From NCBI GenBank assembly GCA_015060865.1, contig SUXS01000012.1, positions 41,313 through 105,312 on the forward strand: 64,000 bases of DNA, read 5' to 3'. Position 1 is the first letter of the stretch. Each line of letters begins with the position of its first letter. The DNA is from Bacteroidales bacterium (GTDB taxonomy: Bacteria; Bacteroidota; Bacteroidia; Bacteroidales; Bacteroidaceae). Below are positions 36,366 through 43,648 of the stretch, in pieces. The notes under the pieces were generated by a model. That model was not told where the DNA came from. It saw only the letters and a program-made list of their open reading frames with translations, and did no database searches. Position numbers and translations under genes: made by a program.

Positions 36366-37715
36366 ATGAAACTGAGACAAAGGCTGGCGCAGAGATTTAC
36401 CACATTGTTTCGCGAGACGATACGCCTGACCGATTATATAGACACCTCGGCTGCCGAGAAGTCCATCCGTAGCAACATCTACTTCCGTGGACCCAATGCT
36501 TGGATTCTGGCTATCGCTACGATTATCGCTTCGGTGGGTCTCAATGTCAACTCCATCCCGGTTATTATTGGCGCCATGCTCATATCGCCGCTCATGGGCC
36601 CTATCTTTGGCGTAGGCTTAGGGTTGGGCATCAATGACATGCAGCTCATCAAGTCATCGGGAAAGAACCTCCTGGTGATGGTGAGCATCAGCTTGGTGGC
36701 ATCGTTTGTCTACTTCCTCATCACTCCGCTCAATCTCACCAATCCCAGCGAGCTGCTTGCCCGCACCAATCCCACCATCTATGATGTGCTGATAGCTCTC
36801 TTCGGCGGCTTTGCCGGCATCCTTGAGCAGTGCCGTAAGGAGAAGGGCACCGTGTTTGCTGGTGTAGCCATCGCCACCGCCCTTATGCCGCCCCTCTGTA
36901 CAGCAGGCTTCGGACTGGCCAGCGGCAACTTCGGCTATTTCCTGGGAGCGGCCTACCTGTTTGTCATCAACTGCATCTTCATCATGCTGGCCACCTACAT
37001 CAGTGTCAAGTACTTCGGCTTCCGCGAGGTGACCTTTGCCGATGCGCTTGCCCAGCGCCGCACGCGCACTTTCAGCACGGCGCTCATCATCCTTTTCATC
37101 GTGCCCAGCATATGGTCGGCCGTCACCTTTATCCGTCAAAACAACTTTGAGGGCAACGCCACTGCCTTTGCCGAGCAGTGCAAGGTGTATGGACGCACCA
37201 TCCTCTATGATTATAAGATAGACCACACCGACGGCTCCGTCGTCAGCCTCTTCTTCTCGGGCGACCCGCTGAGTGAGCAGACGCGGCGCGACCTTCTCGC
37301 ACAAGCCGCCGAGTATGGCATAAAGGAGGAGCAGGTGCTCATCAACGAATATAGCACTACCACTCAGGACAACAATGTGGAACTCGTGAAAAGCATCTAT
37401 GACAAGATGGACACCGAGGTCTCGCGCCGCGATGCCGAGATCAGCCGCTTACGTCAGCAACTGGCCGCCTCCGAGAAGGAGGAACTTCCCTACGTGCAGC
37501 TTGCCCGCGAGATTATGGGCATCTATCCCTCTGTAAAAGATGTGGTGCTGGCTCGTGGCGCAACGGTCAGTGCCGACTCTCTCTATGCCGTACCATGCCT
37601 CTCTGTCGTGGTGCATCGCGACTCGGTGTTCACTCCGGCCGAGATGTCCCAACTCTCCGAGTGGCTACGCGTGCGTCTTGCTACGGATATGGAAGTGGTA
37701 ATCTTGCAGCGATGA
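36366..37715 (+). CDS. DUF389-type integral membrane protein with cytoplasmic C-terminal extension
   Basis: IYFRGPNAWILAIATIIASVGLNVNSIPVIIGAMLISPLMGPI and repeated TM blocks. Confidence 0.7.
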   Translation: MKLRQRLAQRFTTLFRETIRLTDYIDTSAAEKSIRSNIYFRGPNAWILAIATIIASVGLNVNSIPVIIGAMLISPLMGPIFGVGLGLGINDMQLIKSSGKNLLVMVSISLVASFVYFLITPLNLTNPSELLARTNPTIYDVLIALFGGFAGILEQCRKEKGTVFAGVAIATALMPPLCTAGFGLASGNFGYFLGAAYLFVINCIFIMLATYISVKYFGFREVTFADALAQRRTRTFSTALIILFIVPSIWSAVTFIRQNNFEGNATAFAEQCKVYGRTILYDYKIDHTDGSVVSLFFSGDPLSEQTRRDLLAQAAEYGIKEEQVLINEYSTTTQDNNVELVKSIYDKMDTEVSRRDAEISRLRQQLAASEKEELPYVQLAREIMGIYPSVKDVVLARGATVSADSLYAVPCLSVVVHRDSVFTPAEMSQLSEWLRVRLATDMEVVILQR

Positions 37716-37730
37716 CAAGAACCTGTGCAT

Positions 37731-37830
37731 TCTCCCCGATTAGGCTGTCCGGTTGTCCTTGCCTCTTATAAGCAGATGATCCTCAACATATAAGCAAGGG
37801 CAGCCTTGGGATACCCGAGGTTGTCCTTGC
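37731..37830. repeat. GGCTGTCC composite repeat, copy 1 (49-nt box plus hairpin)
   Basis: tctccccgattaggctgtccggttgtccttgcctcttataagcagatga, then hairpin gcaagggcagccttggg..cccgaggttgtccttgc. Confidence 0.75.
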
Positions 37831-37853
37831 TTGCTTTTAGACACGTAATGTCG

Positions 37854-38222
37854 TTACTTAAACTGTACGATATTGGCCGTAGCGCTGCAGGTTATTTTCA
37901 CATAAAACGGAGTCCACATGGCCACCGAGTAGTGCACTGTAGTGTTGGTCAACGTCTGCGCACCGCTGAGGTTGGCATTCTTCGACATCTCGCTGATGGC
38001 ATTGTTATAGAGTGCCTTCTTGCTCAGTCCGCCGATGCCGCAGATATAAGTTGCTGTAGCCTCACCATAGGCATGACCTATAACTTTGAAGTTGTCGTCA
38101 GACAATACCACCTGAGTCTGTGTGAGGTTGTTTGATACTGTATTTGCTACTCCTGCACAACCTGTAAGAGAAAGCGTTGCTGCTACGAAAGCGCAAATGG
38201 TCAAAAACTTTTTCATAATCAA
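37854..38222 (-). CDS. small lipoprotein
   Basis: Lipobox FVAATLSLTGC. 122 aa. Confidence 0.6.
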   Translation of the reverse strand: MIMKKFLTICAFVAATLSLTGCAGVANTVSNNLTQTQVVLSDDNFKVIGHAYGEATATYICGIGGLSKKALYNNAISEMSKNANLSGAQTLTNTTVHYSVAMWTPFYVKITCSATANIVQFK

Positions 38223-38246
38223 TTCTTTTATTTGGTTGTTTGTTTT

Positions 38247-38870
38247 TTAATAAAGCTGATACATCACGGTAGCCGTAGCCAGCGTACCCACCTCGTCCAG
38301 TGTATACTCTTTGACGTGCAAGCGGATGTATTTCAGTTCACCATCCTCTGTTGCGATATAGCCTCTGTATCCGCACTTTGGCTGCATCTCAGCGGCGTAG
38401 TGAGGAATATACTCCACCCACGAATACTGACTGTCTACGTGGGCGTCGCAATAGCATTCGGGGTGTTCGGTGATATCGGTGATGCTTCTCACTTTATCCA
38501 ATTGTTCCAGATAGGGGAACACATAGCAGGTGTCAGGAGTCTCCAACACTTCGTATTGCCCTGCATCGCCCCACTGGCCAGCGGTGCGAGTATGCATAAG
38601 CAACAGCAACTGGCCCCTGCCGAGCGCCAGCGTGTATTTGTAGTTGTAGTCTTCATAGATTACCACGTTGCTCCTTGTGCTCCAGCGTTCAGGGTTATAT
38701 TTTATTATATGGGCTTCGTGCTTCAGCGTTGCTTCCTTTATAGCTATGCTTGCTGTATAATTCGTATCCGTGGGAGGATACAGTTCTTCTTCTTCATCGT
38801 CACAAGCGGTGAAGGTAAAGCCCACCACAGCAACGGCCATAAGGGCGCAAATAGTCCAAAACTTTTTCAT
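38247..38870 (-). CDS. lipoprotein of unknown function
   Basis: Lipobox VVGFTFTAC. 207 aa. Confidence 0.6.
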   Translation of the reverse strand: MKKFWTICALMAVAVVGFTFTACDDEEEELYPPTDTNYTASIAIKEATLKHEAHIIKYNPERWSTRSNVVIYEDYNYKYTLALGRGQLLLLMHTRTAGQWGDAGQYEVLETPDTCYVFPYLEQLDKVRSITDITEHPECYCDAHVDSQYSWVEYIPHYAAEMQPKCGYRGYIATEDGELKYIRLHVKEYTLDEVGTLATATVMYQLY

Positions 38871-38899
38871 AAAAACTTCTTTTATTATTAAAAATTGTG

Positions 38900-38907
38900 C
38901 AAATATA
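38900..38907 (-). promoter_or_regulatory. -7 box of the lipoprotein pair
   Basis: CAAAtaTA on the plus strand, 30 nt upstream of the 38870 start. Confidence 0.5.
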
Positions 38908-39277
38908 TACTATCTATCTCTGTCCTCCAACGAATCATGCAGGATTCTATATCAACGCACAAGAAAAGCGCGGACAAAACTCAGTGTATCTGTCTTTGAG
39001 GTCTTCGACTACCTTGCACCAAATATACGAGTAAAGCCCACGCCTGATGGCGTGAGCGTCATCGCTTTACTCTTGGTGCCTAATGAAAGTGTCGAAGTTT
39101 CAAAGACAAGATCAAAGCTAAACGCTTTTCCAATATGTCTAAAATGTGCGTATCAGCTATACGCTAATGCTCCATAAGCTATACATTTATGTGTTATACT
39201 TTTGTTGTATCGTATGCAAAGAAACAAATTGTATTCCAAATATCCTAATTCTTTCTCGTTTTTTTGTAATAAGGCAG

Positions 39278-39373
39278 TCTCCCCGATTAGGCTGTCCGGC
39301 TGTCCTTGCCTTTTATAAGTAGATGAACCTCTGCAAATAAACAAGTACAGCCTCGGGTGTCCCGAGGCTGTAC
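39278..39373. repeat. GGCTGTCC composite repeat, copy 2
   Basis: tctccccgattaggctgtccggctgtccttgccttttataagtagatga, then hairpin gtacagcctcggg-tgt-cccgaggctgtac. Confidence 0.75.
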
Positions 39374-39397
39374 TATGACAGATTGTGCTTATAGCAT

Positions 39398-39598
39398 TTA
39401 ATCCCCCTCTTCGAGCGTGAAGATGTCGTCGACGGACTTACCGAAATAGCGGGCAATCTTCAGTGCCAGCACGGTAGAGGGTACATAGCGGGCAGCCTCA
39501 ATGGAGTTGATTGTCTGGCGGCTCACGCCTACTGCCACGGCAAGGTCCTGCTGCGTGATGTCCTTGATGGCACGCTCCACACGAATAGTATTCTTCAT
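39398..39598 (-). CDS. XRE-family helix-turn-helix transcriptional regulator
   Basis: ITQQDLAVAVGVSRQTINSIEAARYVPSTVLALKIARYF. 66 aa. Confidence 0.85.
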   Translation of the reverse strand: MKNTIRVERAIKDITQQDLAVAVGVSRQTINSIEAARYVPSTVLALKIARYFGKSVDDIFTLEEGD

Positions 39599-40080
39599 CG
39601 CTGCTCCTTTCTCTCGCGATGCATGGCGAGGTTAAATTTCACGATGTACAGCATCAGGTAGAGATACATCGTTAAGAACATAAAGGTGAGGAATTCTAAA
39701 TCATAGACGAAGAGAATGCCCATCGCCAATACAATAGACGTAGCCCAAGTACTCCACACAAACGACTGCATGCGGATGTGCGCTGTCATCTCATCCTCGT
39801 CCTGCTCACGCGAAAGGGCGATGAATACAAGCGAAGCGAGAAGGCCGAGCATTGCAATCTCTTCGATAAGGCTAGTCTCTGTCATGCGGAACCAACCTTC
39901 ATGGCTGATTACAGCCGGCACCGTAGCATTGATGCAAATATTCACAAGCACGTCGCTGTCGCACAAGCAAAGCACACTGAGCACTAAGAACGGCACCACC
40001 ATCCAAAGCCCTGTTTTCTTAAAGCCTACAGGTAACAAATAACTCTTCTTCATAGCATACATTTTTTTGAGGTTGTACAT
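39595..40080 (-). CDS. multi-pass membrane protein co-transcribed with the XRE regulator
   Basis: Four hydrophobic segments and a 4-nt overlap with the XRE gene. The start must lie below the -7 box at 40114. ATGs at 40080, 40062 and 40053 are all possible. Confidence 0.6.
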   Translation of the reverse strand: MYNLKKMYAMKKSYLLPVGFKKTGLWMVVPFLVLSVLCLCDSDVLVNICINATVPAVISHEGWFRMTETSLIEEIAMLGLLASLVFIALSREQDEDEMTAHIRMQSFVWSTWATSIVLAMGILFVYDLEFLTFMFLTMYLYLMLYIVKFNLAMHRERKEQR

Positions 40081-40113
40081 TAAATAAAACTCTCTTACGT
40101 AAGATTCACGCCG

Positions 40114-40121
40114 CAAAGGTA
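40114..40121 (-). promoter_or_regulatory. -7 box of the membrane-protein/XRE operon
   Basis: CAAAggTA on the plus strand. Confidence 0.55.
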
Positions 40122-40272
40122 AGTATATTTTCCGTAATGACAAATATATTTTACATTTTATCGCGCAAACTTTATATTTTTTCTCTTCCGAATAAGTGAA
40201 ATGGATAAGAGATGCAATATGATTTCTTCCGATAAAGACATCTTATTCTTTCTCTCTTTTGACATGTTTTCC

Positions 40273-40391
40273 TCACGCGAATCTCGCGAATCACGCGAAA
40301 ACATACATCGCTATCGCTTGTATGTGGCCATCCGGATGGCAAACGCGAGTGAAACAATGCGTTTTTCGCGTGATTCGCGAGATTCGCGTGA
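40273..40391. repeat. palindromic element PAL1: perfect 29-bp inverted arms of three 9-mers enclosing three small hairpins
   Basis: tcacgcgaa tctcgcgaa tcacgcgaa aa at 40273-40301 is the exact reverse complement of 40363-40391. The interior holds cataca..tgtatg, the perfect palindrome GCCATCCGGATGGC (40327-40340), and aacgc..gcgtt. Confidence 0.9.
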
Positions 40392-40506
40392 AACATAAAC
40401 AGCGTGAAACTCAAATGTTTTCATAATGTATCTTCTTAGAGCGGACAAGCAGAACACTTTCAGTCGATGGTACGGAAAGTTCTGCGCCGCTTCTCTAATT
40501 CTTCAA

Positions 40507-40586
40507 ATATCCACGGATATTTACTTACGTATCCATGGATATTTCATCACGTATCCGTGGATATTTCATTACGTATCCACGGTTAC
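40507..40586. repeat. array of four TATCC-RY-GGATA palindromes with exact 22-bp phasing
   Basis: Dyad centres at 40513/14, 40535/36, 40557/58 and 40579/80 (atatccacggatat, gtatccatggatat, gtatccgtggatat, gtatccacggttac). Confidence 0.85.
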
Positions 40587-40671
40587 GCAAGTTTTTCTAT
40601 ACTGAAAACTTGCTTTTCGGGCAAATATTTCGTAACTTTACGGAGTAAACAGCGAAACTATTCGATAAGGC

Positions 40672-40808
40672 TCACGCGAATCTCGCAAATCACGCAAAGA
40701 GCACGCGCATTCGCTTGTGCTTGCCATCCGGCGCGAACACTCGGCGGAATCGCCGACAAACGCGAGCGAAGCGATGCGTTCTTCGTGAGATTCGTGAGAT
40801 TTGTGTGA
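40672..40808. repeat. palindromic element PAL2 (9-mer arms, GCCATCCGG core)
   Basis: Arms 40672-40700 and 40780-40808 pair with 22 Watson-Crick pairs, 4 G-U pairs and 3 mismatches when read as plus-strand RNA. Confidence 0.85.
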
Positions 40809-40868
40809 GGCAACAAAAAGATAAGCTTTTGCGTGAAACAAAAAAGAATTACATAAAACCAGAATACG

Positions 40869-41255
40869 ATGAAAGCAAAGGATCCACTATCATACAAGAT
40901 TATCGGTTGTGCGATGGAGGTGTACAACACGTTAGGGCCAGGGCTGCTGGAAGCCGCTTACGAGAAAGCTCTGATCCACGAATTGGAACTTAACGGATTA
41001 TCCGTAGCCTCGCAGGTGCCAGTGGAGATGAATTATAAAGGGGTGAACTTGGGAGAAGGTTTGCGGCTGGACCTGCTCGTGGAGGATTCCATCATCATAG
41101 AGCTAAAGTCCGTAGAGGAACTGAAGCCTGTACACTACAAGCAGTTGCTCACGTACCTCAAACTGATGGACAAACGTATAGGATTGCTCATCAATTTCAA
41201 CGTTTACGATTTCCGTGAGGGGATTAAGCGGGTTGTCAACGAATTCAAGGACTGA
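40869..41255 (+). CDS. GxxExxY protein (TIGR04256-like, PD-(D/E)xK superfamily)
   Basis: YKIIGCAMEVYNTLGPGLLEAAYEKALIHEL (G-LL-E-AA-Y) and DLLVEDSIIIELKSV. Confidence 0.8.
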   Translation: MKAKDPLSYKIIGCAMEVYNTLGPGLLEAAYEKALIHELELNGLSVASQVPVEMNYKGVNLGEGLRLDLLVEDSIIIELKSVEELKPVHYKQLLTYLKLMDKRIGLLINFNVYDFREGIKRVVNEFKD

Positions 41256-41279
41256 TATGCCGCTTGCATAACGTATTCC

Positions 41280-41418
41280 TCACGCGAATCTCGCGAATCT
41301 CGCAAAGAGCACGCGCATTCGCTTGTGCTTGCCATCCGGCGAGAACACACTCGGCGGAATCGCCGACAAACGCGAGCGCAGCGATGCGTTCTTCGTGAGA
41401 TTCGCGAGATTCGCGTGA
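41280..41418. repeat. palindromic element PAL3, direct repeat of PAL2
   Basis: Differs from PAL2 by 7 substitutions and one 2-nt indel. Arms pair with 27 Watson-Crick pairs, 1 G-U and 1 mismatch. Confidence 0.85.
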
Positions 41419-41474
41419 GACAAAAAGTAAGGAATAAGCTTTTGCGTGAAAAAGAATTATTAAACTAAGATATT

Positions 41475-42098
41475 ATGGCAAAATACATCAAACAAGAATT
41501 CAAGAGCATCAATGACGACAGTGAGAACAAGGCATACTATCGCATGGAGACGTCGCGTCGGGTGACGATGGCCGAGTTTGTTAAGGAAATCTCTATCCCG
41601 GGCTATGGCATCAGCGAGGCCACGGCAGTGCAGGTGCTCAGTCAGGCCGCCACATCGCTGGCCCGCCTCATGGCACACGGCTGCGCCGTGACGATTGACG
41701 GCATTGGCACCTTCAAGGCCACGATAGGCGTGTGCGAAGACAAGGAGCAGGATGCGTTTGTGGAGAACGAGCCGCAGCGCAATGCACAGAGCATCGAGGT
41801 GAACGGCGTGCACTACCGAGCCGACAAAGCGCTGGTGAAGGCCGTGCGCAGCCAATGCACGCTCGAGCGTGGCCAGCAGAGCCGCATCAAGCGCTCGCCC
41901 TACACGATGGAGGAGCGCATCAGTCGCGCCATTGCCTTCATCGAAGAGCACGGCTATATGCGCACTCGCGACTATGCTAATCTGAACGAGCTGTCCCTGT
42001 CGACCGCCACCGTGGAGCTACGCAAGGTGCGCAAGGAAGAGGCTTCGGGCATCCGCGCCATCGGGCGGGGAAGCAGCTTGGTTTATGTGAAGGGGTGA
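41475..42098 (+). CDS. HU_HIG-type histone-like DNA-binding protein with C-terminal winged-helix-like tail
   Basis: KAYYRMETSRRVTMAEFVKEIS..VQVLSQAATSLARLMAHGCAVTIDGIGTFKATIG. Confidence 0.7.
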   Translation: MAKYIKQEFKSINDDSENKAYYRMETSRRVTMAEFVKEISIPGYGISEATAVQVLSQAATSLARLMAHGCAVTIDGIGTFKATIGVCEDKEQDAFVENEPQRNAQSIEVNGVHYRADKALVKAVRSQCTLERGQQSRIKRSPYTMEERISRAIAFIEEHGYMRTRDYANLNELSLSTATVELRKVRKEEASGIRAIGRGSSLVYVKG

Positions 42099-42267
42099 GG
42101 AGAGGATTTCTCTACGAAGGCGCAAAGGAGCACTACATCCTCGACATCGAGCACAAGAGAGAGGCCGTGAAAGTGGTGCGAGCACTGGAGCAGGCCTTGC
42201 CTTATCCCAAACCAAAGAAAAAGAAGGGATAGAGGGGTAGCTGCGCTTACACCAAATGTAAATCTTC

Positions 42268-42367
42268 AAGGACAGCCCAAGGACAGCCCAGGCTGTCCTT
42301 GCTTATTTACTGACATTCTTTCGATTATGCCTTGTAAGGACAGCCGGACAGCCTATTCGGGAAAAAG
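42268..42367. repeat. GGCTGTCC composite repeat, copy 3 (inverted orientation)
   Basis: Hairpin caaggacagcc-caaggacagccc-aggctgtccttg, then ccttgtaaggacagccggacagcctattcgggaaaaag, which is the reverse complement of the copy 1/2 box. Confidence 0.75.
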
Positions 42368-42452
42368 TTGTTGCAGTCGTCAGAGAACACGTCCCGATAA
42401 TATATTTATGTCGAATACATAGATGGAGCTTTTTTGCAAGGCTTGCAGAGAT

Positions 42453-42483
42453 TTTGTTTATTTAAGCCGAATATTTATATTTG
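42453..42483 (+). promoter_or_regulatory. promoter of the three-gene AT-rich operon
   Basis: TTTG at 42453-42456, 19-nt spacer, TAtaTTTG at 42476-42483. ATG at 42506. Confidence 0.65.
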
Positions 42484-42505
42484 CAAAATAAAAAATCGTT
42501 TACCT

Positions 42506-43573
42506 ATGAGCAATTTAGATTCTGACATTATTCTATTTAGAAGTTCACTCCCATTTCATCCTAATGGGGAACAAGTGATTTATGTAGAGCCCGATTACGA
42601 TAAAGGTGTAAATGGTTTTATTCAAGATAACTACGACTGGCTTAATCGAGAAGTAGAGAACTTGGGATATGAGTTCTGCTATTTCCCGGCAATGTCAGAG
42701 AGATTTCATGGATGGCAGTATAGAAGGTATTATACTCCATATAATCCTCCACCAATAACACATATCGGAGGATGTGAGATTGAGCCCTATAAATTGGGAA
42801 GTGATTGCCTATCTTCCTACCTCAAGACAGATTGTACATTATCTCCTTCTTTTATTATATATGCCGATGACATAGTCTGCAGCGGATATTATGCTTTTAG
42901 GGTATTCAGGTTGGATGAAACCGGTGAATTGAAATCCCAACTCTCATTATTCTTCCAACACTTTAGTACATTAAGAAAGAAGCATTCAGACCGTTTACGT
43001 GCAATTCGTTACAGTATTACAGGAGAAATAGAGTCGTATCCAGATAACGAAATTGCAGATAGAGATTTTCCGCAGGAAGCTGAAAAACTAATGGAAGATG
43101 TACGTGAACAAATAATGCAACTGAGAGCGTATGGTGTGAATGAAATGGTGCTAAATTCTCTTTTGAATCCTCGACCACGTTTGAGTACAATGGTTATTTC
43201 TGCCGAAGGTCGTATCACTTTGCCAGGATATCAAAATCGGGAAATTAAGATGACACCATTGGTGAAAGCTGTATATTTCTTGTTTCTCCGCCACCCCGAA
43301 GGTATTGTGTTCAAAAACTTGCCCGATTATCGGGAAGAATTGTTGATGATATACAAGAAACTTACGGGACGCGTATCTGATGAGGATGTATTACGCAGCA
43401 TTGAAGATGTGACAAATCCTTGCAGGAATTCGATTAACGAAAAATGCGCAAGAATACGAGAAGCTTTCATACGAGAGTTTGATGACCGCATAGCGAGATT
43501 TTATTATATAACGGGGAGCCGTGCTACAGCAAAAAAGATAGTGTTGCCCCAAGATTGCGTGATTTGGCAATGA
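42506..43573 (+). CDS. hypothetical protein A (355 aa), C-terminal helical HTH-like module
   Basis: First ATG behind the promoter. No family recognised. The C-terminus MTPLVKAVYFLFLRHPEGIVFKNLPDYREELLMIYKKLTG resembles LuxR/sigma-region-4-type helices. Confidence 0.7.
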   Translation: MSNLDSDIILFRSSLPFHPNGEQVIYVEPDYDKGVNGFIQDNYDWLNREVENLGYEFCYFPAMSERFHGWQYRRYYTPYNPPPITHIGGCEIEPYKLGSDCLSSYLKTDCTLSPSFIIYADDIVCSGYYAFRVFRLDETGELKSQLSLFFQHFSTLRKKHSDRLRAIRYSITGEIESYPDNEIADRDFPQEAEKLMEDVREQIMQLRAYGVNEMVLNSLLNPRPRLSTMVISAEGRITLPGYQNREIKMTPLVKAVYFLFLRHPEGIVFKNLPDYREELLMIYKKLTGRVSDEDVLRSIEDVTNPCRNSINEKCARIREAFIREFDDRIARFYYITGSRATAKKIVLPQDCVIWQ

Positions 43574-43648
43574 AAATATAAACAGCCCCATAACTATAAC
43601 GTAAAAGTGGATAGTTATGATATATATAATTTAACCATAAGTAAGACG

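Noticed and set aside
40467-40808. 113-aa ORF spanning the 22-bp palindrome array and PAL2 (also 40172..40414, 40201..40398, 40638..40930)
   Set aside because: Their translations are just the repeats read through (IHGY.., SRESRESRE-type peptides). The promoter and repeat structure explains the sequence better than coding.
43607-43621. 15-nt identity gtggatagttatgat shared with 50552-50566
   Set aside because: For a 64-kb window searched on both strands, a few 15-mer coincidences are expected by chance. There is no extended similarity around it.
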